From Octopus sinensis (lineage: Eukaryota), in assembly GCF_006345805.1 (NCBI RefSeq), contig NC_043003.1, positions 117,242,001 through 117,306,000 of the forward strand: a stretch of DNA of 64,000 nt. Reading direction: 5' to 3'. The notes under the pieces were generated by a model that saw only the letters and a program-made list of their open reading frames with translations, made no database searches and was not told the DNA's origin. Made by a program: the position numbers and the translations under genes. Shown piece after piece: positions 11,403 to 21,939 of the stretch; the stretch's first letter is position 1, and each line of letters starts with the position of its first letter.

Positions 11403-11470
11403 ATTTGCACGACTAAAGGCAGTGCTCCAGCATGGCCGCAGTCAAATGACTGAAACAAGTAAAAAGAAGT
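11403..11470 (+). mobile_element. SINE C, 3' part
   Basis: atttgcacgactaaaggcagtgctccagcatggccgcagtcaaatgactgaaacaag. Confidence 0.85.
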
Positions 11471-11521
11471 AAAGTATTGTTTCTCCAAACTCTATTTCAT
11501 CTTGTAAAACATTTTCTTTTT

Positions 11522-11592
11522 AACTAAAGGCGGTGCTCCAGCATGGCCGCAGTCAAATGACTGAAACAAGTAAAAGAGTAAAAGAGTAAAGA
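11522..11592 (+). mobile_element. Isolated SINE C tail
   Basis: actaaaggcggtgctccagcatggcc...(aagagta)n. Confidence 0.8.
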
Positions 11593-11819
11593 GGTAAAGG
11601 ATCAATCTCTCTTCTCACACCCTCTGATTGTTGTTGCTATTATTTACTGCTTATTTGAAACCCGTTTTTACTGTATTACGTCCCAGTGTATTACTTTGCT
11701 TACACAATCGCTCTCTGCGTCTATATTCCACCGAAGCAAAACAACCATTTTTATGCGCACAACGTTCGCTGGTTTCTCTTTACAAGTTCCACGGTTTCTG
11801 TTTATACCTACCTTAATAA

Positions 11820-12125
11820 CGTGGAGTGTTTAGGGCAGCGAACTCGTGGTCGTAGGATCGCTGTTTCGATTCCCAGACCGGCCGTTCTGAGTGTTTATTG
11901 AGCGAAAACACCTGAAGCTCCACGAGACTCCGGCGGCGGGTGGTGGCGAACCCTGCTGTATTATTTCACCATAACTTTCTCTCACCCTTTCTTCCTGTTT
12001 ATGTTGTACCTGTATTTCAAAGGGCCAGTCTTATCACACTCTGTGTCACGCTGAATCTCCCCGAGAACTACGTTAAAGGTACACTTGTCTGTGGAGTGTT
12101 CAGCCACTTGCACGTTAATTTCACG
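11820..12125 (+). mobile_element. SINE A, 3'-truncated
   Basis: Homologous to 136-515; ends abruptly at an R4-like fragment. Confidence 0.85.
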
Positions 12126-12465
12126 ATCTGATAAAACGGGGACCTTCATCGTTCTAACCAATGGAGTCCTACGACCTGAAAGACATTTATTTGTAAGAAC
12201 AGGCTTTGAGCATCCATAATGGGTCCTTCCGTTTCTTTCTCTCGCTTCTTCATTCTTCAAACATAACCCAAACTCATCTCCTGCAATATCCTGCATTTAA
12301 AAAGCTGACCGTGCAGCTTTTGACTCCAGATGTTTCTTTCCAGCCCTTGTTTCACTCTGTTCTTATATTCTTTCGCGGTCTCCACAGATTCTTTCTTTTC
12401 TCTGCCAGCTGAAAGCAAGGTTTCTGTACTATTTCTCACATATTCTTCTAAATCACTTTCCGTCA
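12126..12465 (-). mobile_element. R4/Dong-like non-LTR retrotransposon fragment (post-RT region)
   Basis: Translation YVRNSTETLLSAG...YKNRVKQGLERNIWSQKLHGQ resembles the W..K.LHGQ motif of R4-clade ORFs. Abuts (TTA)n. Confidence 0.65.
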
Positions 12466-12485
12466 TCTTATTATTATTATTATTA

Positions 12486-12532
<47 letters not shown>

Positions 12533-12625
12533 ATTATTGTTATCAACATAATCATCATCAGCATCAGCATCTCTATCATCATCATCATCATCATCATCAT
12601 CATTATTGTCGTTGTTGTTCTTTTT
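12466..12625. repeat. (TTA)n/(CAT)n microsatellite
   Basis: Directly visible. Confidence 0.95.
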
Positions 12626-12629
12626 ATTA

Positions 12630-12740
12630 TTTTTATTCTTTTGCTATCATTCCCAGGGCACCTATGACAACAGGTATTAATCTTCAGGTTCCACATTTTG
12701 CTAATTTCTATTTCAAGATCTTTATATTTGCTCAGTTTTT
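12630..12740 (-). mobile_element. R4/Dong-like RLE C-terminal fragment
   Basis: Reverse strand encodes KLSKYKDLEIEISKMWNLK, homologous to the 15169 and 37011 copies. Confidence 0.7.
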
Positions 12741-12764
12741 GGTAGGTCTTGACAGATACGTTAC

Positions 12765-12823
<59 letters not shown>

Positions 12824-12834
12824 TATTATTACTC

Positions 12835-12903
12835 AGGTCATTGCTTGGAATCCATTTTGGAATCTTGAGCTTAGTAGCCCTCGGTCTTAAGCACGACGCC
12901 CAC
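12835..12903 (-). mobile_element. Degenerate tRNA-like head (family E), inverted relative to the adjacent head
   Basis: Reverse complement gtgggcgtcgtgcttaagaccgagggctactaagctcaagattccaaaatggattccaagcaatgacctgag aligns with 12905-12980 and is followed by (AAT)n. Confidence 0.55.
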
Positions 12904-12994
12904 GGGTATATGGCGTAGTGGTTAAGAGAGCGTGCTACCAACCCCAAGATTCCGAGTTCGATTCTAAGCAGTTACCTGAATAATAATAATAATA

Positions 12995-13062
<68 letters not shown>

Positions 13063-13139
13063 TAATAATAATAATAATAATAAGAAGAAGAAGAAGAAGA
13101 AGAGAAGAAGAAGAAGAAGAAGAAGAGAAGAAGAAGAAG

Positions 13140-13170
<31 letters not shown>

Positions 13171-13316
13171 TCGAAAAATGCCTTAGGAATGAGACCCCAG
13201 GTTCGAAATTTCCTCAAGACACCTCATGAACCTGGAGGGTATATCAGCCGAAACGTTGTGTTAACAAGAAACAAAATTAGGACAAATATCCATCAAATGT
13301 AAATACTGTAAATAAT
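12904..13316 (+). mobile_element. Composite element E: tRNA-like head + (AAT/AAG/AAC)n + PLE-type tail with hammerhead motif
   Basis: A box TGGCGTAGTGG at 12911-12921, B box GAGTTCGATTC at 12954-12964. The tail 13171-13316 is homologous to 16905-17074. Confidence 0.6.
13218..13262 (+). ncRNA. Degenerate minimal type I hammerhead motif
   Basis: GACAC-CTCATGA-A-(stem II ...CAGCC)-GAAAC-GT-T-GTGTT. G5 is changed to C and the 5' side of stem II is mutated in this copy. Confidence 0.55.
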
Positions 13317-14082
13317 GAATATAGTTATTGTTTATAACTGTTGTGCCTCAAGTGGAAAACTTGCACTGACTGATTCACCGTCAAAAACTCTACCCTCTCT
13401 CCACACTTGCCCCTCCGGCTTGGTCCTTTCCCTGTCTCCTTGCCGTCTCAACCGTACTCCACCTCGACAACTCGAACCCTCCCCAGCTATCTGTGTCTTC
13501 TAGCAATACTTTCGCCGCTGCAATAATATATAAAATTTATGTATCTAATTTTCCATGTGCGTGTATGTGTGTGTGTATGTGTGTGTATGTGTGTAAGTGT
13601 GTGTGTGTAACTGTGTAAGTGTGCGTTTATATCGGTAGTTAGTACGAAATTAGATTATATTCAAGCCAATTGACACAAATCACATAGACCTAGATCGATA
13701 TATTCTTGACAAATGCACACTCACATACAGACACACAACAGATATACGTATACACACATACGCACACAGAAGTACACACACACACACACATACACACACA
13801 CACAAGTACACATTAAATGCCAAATAAATTTAGAAAAGAAAACAAACAGTAATATTTTTGTATCTCAGCTTTGAACCGATTTGACTGGAAATTTGTTGAG
13901 TAGAGGATAATGGTGAATTATGGGGAAGATGTATCGATCAGTAAGTAAAGAAATAATTACGAAAATATCAACTGCCAAAATGTTAAGTAGAATGATCGTA
14001 ATCGTACACGTGATGTTGTGGATAATAGCCATTAGATTTGTATTGGTAGTAATAATAGCATTAATACCACTGGCTGTTGCAA

Positions 14083-14135
<53 letters not shown>

Positions 14136-14259
14136 CAAGCTAATAAAAGTCACAAAACTTGCGTTCAATTTTTTTTGCTTTTGGGTGATGTCATCCTTTC
14201 TCAATCATAAAAATGTTTTGATAAAAGTATTTTTTATTCAACCTGAATAAGAATAAAAT

Positions 14260-14599
<340 letters not shown>

Positions 14600-14600
<1 letters not shown>

Positions 14601-15085
14601 TGTACATTGTTTTGTCTTGGTATAAAAGATGGGCTACAGCAACTGTTCTGCTCAATACCACAGATTTGCTTGTCAGTTGTTTGACCTTAACCAGTTGAAC
14701 ATGTCCCTTGGGAGCTGACAATATGTGCATCTCTGACCATGGGCAGAAGTAGTGGGGGAGCATCATAGCCGTGTGTTGAGAGGAATTCTTGGAGGTTTGG
14801 ATAATTCACCTCTGGAAACATGGGTGGTTCGTTCAACATTCTTAAACAATCCTTATCCAGGCACCTTTTGAGCGGGATGGGCTACTCGACCTGGAGAAAA
14901 TTCTAACTGGACCCCAACTGCAAGGTCATGTGCTGTTTATCTTGATATATCAACATGTCGCGCACATATGGTTGTGATGCATGTGCCTGGTGTACCCTTA
15001 TCAGACGGGTGGTCATGATGGGTATACTGGGCTTCGTATATTTTACCCTAGTGTCACTTTGATGGCATGCACGGCTCTCTCACTA
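14600..15085 (+). mobile_element. Non-coding interspersed element F embedded in trinucleotide arrays (one end truncated)
   Basis: About 480 bp homologous to the reverse complement of 35843-36398. Ends ctctctcact followed by (AAT)n. Strand is given relative to the AAT strand. Confidence 0.85.
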
Positions 15086-15150
<65 letters not shown>

Positions 15151-15168
15151 TAATAATAATAATAATAA

Positions 15169-15516
15169 TTGATGTATCAATACCAGCAGATGACAACGTG
15201 TCTCTAAAAGAAATGTGGAAACTTTCAAAATGCAAAGTCCTGGAAATAGAGGTAACCAGAATGTGGAATCTAAAAACAGAAACAATTCCTATCATAATAG
15301 GCACATTAGGCATGATAAAAAAATATTCAGACAAATACATAACAAAAACACCAGGACTTACAAACACATATAACATACAGAAAATTGCACTACTGGGCAC
15401 TGCACACATCCTACGCAGAACACTTTCCAAACAATAACCATCAGAGCATCACAACAAATCACAGCACATACCCAAGGCACACAGAGCTGTGAAGACACGC
15501 TATAAAAATAAAGCTA

Positions 15517-15519
<3 letters not shown>
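15169..15519 (+). mobile_element. R4/Dong-like family 1, 3' end (RLE C-terminus plus 3' UTR), between (AAT)n tracts
   Basis: IDVSIPADDNVSLKE...KIALLGTAHILRRTLS then ...tataaaaataaagctactg|(aat)n. Confidence 0.9.
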
Positions 15520-15604
<85 letters not shown>

Positions 15605-15607
<3 letters not shown>

Positions 15608-15760
15608 TAGAACTAAAACAGAAAATTGTGAAAGGAATACATCAGAGGGGTGAAGTAGCTAATGAAGTCTAAGCTAAATGGTCCGAACCTAGTGAAGTCT
15701 GTAAAAACTTGGGCAGAATCCTAACTCGGAGACTCAGCAGCTTTTGTAGATTGGACAAAA
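15605..15760 (+). mobile_element. R4/Dong-like post-RT fragment (separate subfamily)
   Basis: EYIRGVK*LMKSKLNGPNLVKSVKTWAES, homologous to the K.ELNARNRIEAINALA segment of the next element. Confidence 0.6.
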
Positions 15761-15763
15761 ATG

Positions 15764-16838
15764 CTGGCATTACTATCACCACGCCTCTTTTGTCTAGCCT
15801 TAATACCTCTCTCAAGATCACTCAATGATGTTTGATAAAAATATATATCATCTCATTTACATGGGTGATTTAAAGCTCTTTGCAAAAAATGACCAACAAC
15901 TCAAGGGCTTACTAGCGATTGTTAAATAATTCAGTGATGACATCAGAATGCAATTTGGCCTCGAGAAATGTGCAAAAGCTACCTTTATCAAAGGAAAAAT
16001 AAATAAAAACATCTAACGTTAACTTTGACCACCAGAATGTCATAAAATAGTTAGAACCAGCGGAGAGCTACAAATACCTTGGAGTATTTGAAGGAGACGG
16101 AAACAAACATTCAGTGATGAGGAAAAGGTTAAGAAGAGAATGTTAACGCAGGGTAAGTGCTATACTCAAGACAGAGCTGAATGCAAGAAACAGGATCGAA
16201 GCGATCAATGCTTTAGCCATACCAGTCATGACTTACAGTTGCAATATCATTAAGAAGTCAATTACTGAAATATGTAATCTTGACAGAAAATACGGAAACT
16301 GTTGACAATGCATAGAATGCACCACCCTAAAGCAGATATAGAACAACTTTATCTGCGAAGAAAATAGGGAGGCCGTGGACTTTTACAACTGGGATTAACA
16401 ATGAAGATTGCCACCACTGGCTTGGACACCTACCTGAAAAGCTCTGAGGACTGGATGTTAAAACTTGTCTCAAAACATGAAAACAAGAAAGCATCATACT
16501 CAGTAAAAAAAATAGGCAAAGGAATATCTAAGTGAATTCCGAATACAATAAATTCTGGTATTAGACATACAAGAAACAAGCATAGAAAAAGCTAAGCGCA
16601 TGAAAACCCGTGCTAAAACTGCTGCTCATATCCTACGCAAAATACTTTCTATGTAATCTCAAGTTTTAAAACAAACATAATTTTCTTATGGTTTCTTAAA
16701 CATTCACTAGTACAACACTAAGTACAAAACCAAATATATGGCACCCTAGGCATAACACCAACATGAACTTCCAACTTGAGGTCTCCGGGTGAGGCTTGGA
16801 ACCAGCTTGTACAAATGTAAAGCAAAAGTCAAACATAG
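15764..16838 (+). mobile_element. R4/Dong-like family 2, internally deleted (RT C-half fused to C-terminus and 3' UTR)
   Basis: HLIYMGDLKLFAKN (YMDD motif), FGLEKCAK, YKYLGV, MHHPKADIEQLYL..K.GGRGL, then AAHILRKILSM* (TAA 16654-56) and a UTR ending caaacatag|(aat)n. Confidence 0.87.
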
Positions 16839-16904
16839 AATAATAATAAAAATAATAATAATATTAATAATAATAATAATAACAACAACAACAACAACAA
16901 CAAC

Positions 16905-17074
16905 GGAAAATACCTTAGGAATGAGAACCCAGGTTCGAAGTTTCCCCAAGACACATGATGAAGGCTGGAGGTTATATCAGCCGAAATGTTGTGTTAACAA
17001 CAAACAAGGTGAGGAAAAATATCCGTCAAATGTAAATAATGTACGTAATTCCTCATGTCTTAAATATAGAACTG
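16905..17074 (+). mobile_element. PLE-type tail (same as element E tail) with degenerate hammerhead motif at 16950-16995
   Basis: GACAC-ATGATGA-A-GGCTG...CAGCC-GAAAT-GT-T-GTGTT; preceded by (AAC)n as in the 13171 copy. Confidence 0.75.
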
Positions 17075-17344
17075 AATAACTATTTTGTAGGAAGAAGGTC
17101 AATTCAAAGGAAGTTTATTATTATTCATCTCAGGCCAGGGACGGGTAAGAAACAAGAAATAACCTTGTCAAATATAGAGACAAGTATTGCATAATGTGGT
17201 ATCACGTCAAGTATGGTTACCAGAAATAAGGGATGGAAAAGGTGAGAGAGTAGAATGATGGCAAGCCACTCCCCGAACGAAGAGAAGGGAAAACAAGGAG
17301 GAATGTGCAATGGGCGAACTTTCCTTCAAGACATTCTTTTATTG

Positions 17345-17786
17345 TTTTAAGTGTTTCATTCATTTGAGTGCGGCCATGCTGGAGTGCCGCCTTTAATCGA
17401 ACAAATCGATTTCGGGACTTATTGTTTTGTAAGCCTAGTACTTATTCTATCAGTCTCTTTTGCCGAACCGCTAAGTTACGGGGACGTGAACACCACAACA
17501 TCGGTTGTAAAGCGATGGTGAAGGGACAAACACATATACAGACACACATACATACACATTAATATATATATATATATATATATATATTACATACATATAT
17601 ATATATATATATAAATATATATATACATATATATACGACGGGCTTCTTTCAGTTTCCCTCTACAAAATACACTCACAAGGCTTTGGTCGGCCAAGGTTAT
17701 AGTGCCCAAAGTTCCACGTAGTGGGGACTGAACATCGACCCGTGTGGTTCGTAAGCAAGCTACTTAACACACAGTCTCTCCTGCGA
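17345..17786 (-). mobile_element. SINE C
   Basis: Tail, internal (TA)n and head are all recognisable. Confidence 0.85.
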
Positions 17787-17833
17787 CTAAATATATATAT
17801 ATAAATAATATATATTATATCTATATATATATA

Positions 17834-17881
<48 letters not shown>

Positions 17882-17908
17882 TATACAAATATGTACATAC
17901 ACACACAT

Positions 17909-18062
17909 ACGACCGGATTCTTTCAGTTTCCACCTACCAAATCTACTCACAAGGTTTCGGTCAGCCCGAGGCTATAATAGAGGACTCTTGCCCAAGGTGC
18001 CACTAAACCCGGAACCATGTGGTTAGGAAGCAAGCGACTTACCACACAACCACTCCTGCGCC
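17909..18062 (-). mobile_element. SINE C head half
   Basis: Ends accacacaaccactcctgcgcc. Confidence 0.85.
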
Positions 18063-18249
18063 TATAATAGAATAAATATAAATGTAACATGAAATAGTAT
18101 AAAGTCCTAGAGAAGCGGAATGGTTAAGAGAGTGACGTAGCTTTTGATAAGAAATAGAAAAGAAAACGAACCGATGTCTATTAGACACCAAGTGCCATGG
18201 AGAAGACAGTGGATTGATGAGAATTTGAATACAAAGCCTTATTTAGTTC

Positions 18250-18620
18250 AGTGAGAGCGCAATAATTTATGGTAGTACGAGTAATATGAGAAGGTTTTGT
18301 AATAATGGCAACAACAGACACCAGAGAAGCTATTTAGGAGGAAGTCTTAGTTCTCATATAATATTTAAAGATTCTCGTCGGCATAAATTACAAGATAGTC
18401 TTCCCTTGTATGGTATTCCGGTATTAACGAAGACCAAGAAAGTTCCTAAAGCTTTCTAATTGGTGGATGCTGGTCACCAGAAACAGGGGAGAATGTTTAC
18501 TGGTTATTTCGAGAACGAGTTAATATGTGCGATGTGGTCGACAACTTCAGTCAATCGTCGGCCCATTGTCAATTCTGGTGGACTTGCGCTTTGCTGTAGT
18601 AGCTATATGCTTATACACAA
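18250..18620 (-). pseudogene. Possible highly degenerate PLE RT remnant
   Basis: Weak resemblance to the K.H...GRP and LYT.IPH.EG segments (NTGIPYKGR) in broken frames. Confidence 0.3.
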
Positions 18621-19016
18621 CATTATAGCATAGACAAGAACTGCTCTAATTGGTATTCAGCAGTTAGATATCTTCTGATCTCCCGTTACGTGCAATGCAA
18701 TATTTGTCTCGTCAAGATCGTTATAGATGGAAGTATTTTCAGTCGTATCATTAATATCATTATCGCTGCCATCATTATTAGATTATAATTATTATTTGAG
18801 CCACTGCCATAACTATATTATTATTACGATTATAACTACTGCTACGTAAACCACGACTCTCATTACTATTATTCTTATCACAATCATTACCGCTGTTTAT
18901 AATATTGTCTTTGTTATTATGTGTGAGTGTAGGAGGAGGCAACTTAACGGGGGACGGTTGGTTCTGCAATTGCGGGCGCCAGAAATAATATTACTATAAT
19001 AGCTATTAATGTGGAA

Positions 19017-19379
19017 TGGAAGCACTCCGTCGGTTACGACGACGAGGGTTCCGGTTGATCCGAATCAACGGAACAGCCTGCTCGTGAAATTAACGTGTAA
19101 GTGGCTGAGCACTCCACAGACACGTGTACCCTTAACGTAGTTCTCGGGGATATTCAGCGTGACACAGAGAGTGACAAGGCCGGCCCTTTGAAATACAGGT
19201 ACAACAGAAACAGGAAGTAAGAATGAGAGGAAGTTGTGGTGAAAGAGTACAGCAGGGATCACCACCATCCCCTACCGGAGCCTCGTGGAACTTAAGGTGT
19301 TTTCGCTCAATAAACACTCACAACGCCCGGTCTGGGAATCGAAACCACGATCCTATGACCACTGGGCCATTGCGCCTCC
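19017..19379 (-). mobile_element. SINE A, full-length, 12-bp TSD
   Basis: TSD atagctattaat at 18999-19010 and 19381-19392. Has a small deletion in the head. Confidence 0.92.
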
Positions 19380-19824
19380 TATAGCTATTAATAGGATAGT
19401 TAGCATTACATTTTTTTAATATTGTTGTTGTTGCTTTTAAAATGTGTACTTATATCGTTATTGTCGCTATTATCACTACATTCAATTTTACCAATATTAG
19501 GTAATATTAGGTAAAGTTTTGGCATTATTACTATTATTATTTTTTTTTCCATCTTCAAATGTTCTTCCGTTTCTCGCCGAGTGTTTTCCGTACACCTAGG
19601 GAAGAGAAGCGCATTATATGCATCCCAGATTACACGCGCAAATTTACATGTAAAATATGTATTAGAAAGTTAATAAATAAATAAATTCATGGATGGATGT
19701 TGTTTTCACAGCGATAGCAGTACCTGAGCCGTTCCAGTTAATACGACTTTTTGCACTTCCCGTAGGGATGGTAAGCCTGGTACCATTTTCAAATAGGTTT
19801 CAGTACCTTTGTTTTTTATATGAA

Positions 19825-19842
19825 AACTTAATAATAATAATA

Positions 19843-19889
<47 letters not shown>

Positions 19890-19897
19890 CATTATTA

Positions 19898-19948
<51 letters not shown>

Positions 19949-19955
19949 CATTAAT
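19825..19955. repeat. (TTA)n microsatellite
   Basis: Directly visible. Confidence 0.95.
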
Positions 19956-19960
19956 AATGT

Positions 19961-20193
19961 GCGGCGAGCTGGCAGAATCGTTAGCATGCCGGTCGAAATG
20001 CTTAGCGGGATTTCGTCTGCCGTTACGTTCTGGGTTCAAATTCAGCCGTCGTTGACAATACCTTTCATCCTTTCGGGGTCGATTAAATAATAAGTACTAG
20101 TTATGCACTGGTGTCGATGTAATCGACTTAATACCGTTGTCCGTCCTTGTTTGTCCCCTCTATGTTTAGCCTCTTGTGGACAATAAAGAAATA
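19961..20193 (+). mobile_element. SINE B monomer
   Basis: gcggcgagctggcagaatcg head to aataaagaaat tail. Confidence 0.9.
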
Positions 20194-20954
20194 ATTATTA
20201 ACGTTATTCTCGTTTTCAATTCTATTTCCGTTATAATTTTTCATTTTATTATGGTTGTTCTTTGCAAAGTGTTGTCATGGATAATATTGCTTATGCAATT
20301 GTTAATGATATTAAGGTCAATGTATTTATTGTGATATTAATTTCTATTTTTATTACCATTGCCTTTGCACAGATTCTAACGTTGGAGCGCGACTCGATTG
20401 TATTTTACTAAACGATATTTCAACAGTATGTCTGTCTTTGTCAAGTTCAAAATAAGAAGTGATAAAAATTCAAAAATTTAAACGTAAAGTATGAACGAGA
20501 GCAAGTAGCGTCCACACGTTGATGGAATGACATCACCATATTTTAAGTCTTTAACAGGATGAAAAGAAAGAAACTTTACCTAATATTGATATATGCCCTG
20601 TCGCATACAGTTTAAAGCCCGTGAACAGTGGTCATCTACCTAATATCAACAACAGCATGGCGGTATATGCCACTGGATTTACTTCAGGCATTCCTTTGTG
20701 TCCGTAGAGTATATAAAATTATAGGAGAAAGAAGTAAGAAAATGAAAATTCACAGTCGAATATTATTCACTACGATCGTAATAGCGAATATAATGTTGTA
20801 AATATATAGATATATATAATATATTATATATATATATAATATAATATATATATATATATAGATATGGATAGATACTAGATAGATACACATTATATTATAT
20901 ATATTGTATGTGGGGGCGTGTGTGATGCATGTATATATATATATATATATAATA

Positions 20955-21685
20955 AACGGGAAGCTTTATATAAACAAAAGACGAAGGCAGGTGGAAAACA
21001 AACGAACAATTGTATTAGTATGGCGCTCAGGAAATATAAATAAAACAAGTCTTTAACGTTTCGAGCCTACGCGCTTCAACAGAAAGATAACAGAGAGAGA
21101 AAAAAACACAGAAAGAAGGAGAGAAAAAAAAAATGCGTGCAGTAGCTAACGAATCAACATGGCGATCTGATTTCGGCCAGAGGTCAAAGATCAAACATGA
21201 GACGCGAGAGCGAAATAAGGGGAGATAATAGGGTTGATAAAAGGGTTGAGGGACCAGCTAAAAGTGCGTGGGAGGGGTCTGGATGTGTGTATGTATAGGG
21301 TTGGTGTATGTATTAGTATGTATAAGGGGTGTGTGTGTGTGTGTGTGTATGAGAGAGTATTAGTGCGTAAGATTGGTCTGGACGTGCGTATGTATGGGGT
21401 TGGTGTATGTATTAGTATGTATTAGTATGTATTAGTACGTATTGGTATGTATAGGTGTGTGTGTGTGTGTTGAGAGAGAGTATAAGTGCGTATGCGGGGT
21501 CTGGACGTGTGTATGTATAGGGTTGGTGTAAGTATTAGTATGTACTAGTATGTATTAGTACGTATTAGTATGTATTAGTTGGTGTGTGTATTAGTATGGC
21601 ACATCATATGTGATGTGATGTGTAAAGTCATGTGGTGTAGTGAGGAGAAGAGGGGGGAGGGGAGGAAGAAGAGGGGGAGGGGGAA
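20955..21685 (-). repeat. PLE pseudo-LTR, downstream copy
   Basis: Direct repeat of 25478-26212. Contains (TATTAGTATG)n and three ggtctgga(c/t)gtg subrepeats. Confidence 0.92.
21050..21087 (-). ncRNA. Minimal hammerhead variant in pseudo-LTR (one stem II mismatch)
   Basis: UCUUU-CUGUUGA-A-GCGC-GUAG-GCUC-GAAAC-GU-U-AAAGA. Confidence 0.6.
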
Positions 21686-21939
21686 GGAGAAAGGAGGAAG
21701 GGGAGGGGAAGAAAGGGGAGGGAGAAGGGAGAGGAGAGGATGGGGGGAATGAAGGGGATGAGGGGAGAGAGAGAGAGAAGGGGAGAGAGGGAGTGAGGGA
21801 GCAGAGGGAAGGGGAAGAGGGAGGGAGAAAGAGGGAAGAAGGGAAGGGGAGTAGGGGTGAAAAGGATGAAGGACTGAGAGTAGGGGTCGGGGGGGAGAAA
21901 GGAAGGTGAGGAGGGGGTGAGGTTGGGGTTAGATGAGGA

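Noticed and set aside
13555-13810. (TG)n and (CA)n tracts facing each other across about 100 bp
   Set aside because: Complementarity is only generic dinucleotide repeat with no shared unique anchor.
20558-20662. Candidate plus-strand 105-nt exon (DEKKETLPNIDICPV...)
   Set aside because: Reasonable acceptor but weak donor (GTATAT). An open frame of this length can occur by chance and there is no known motif.
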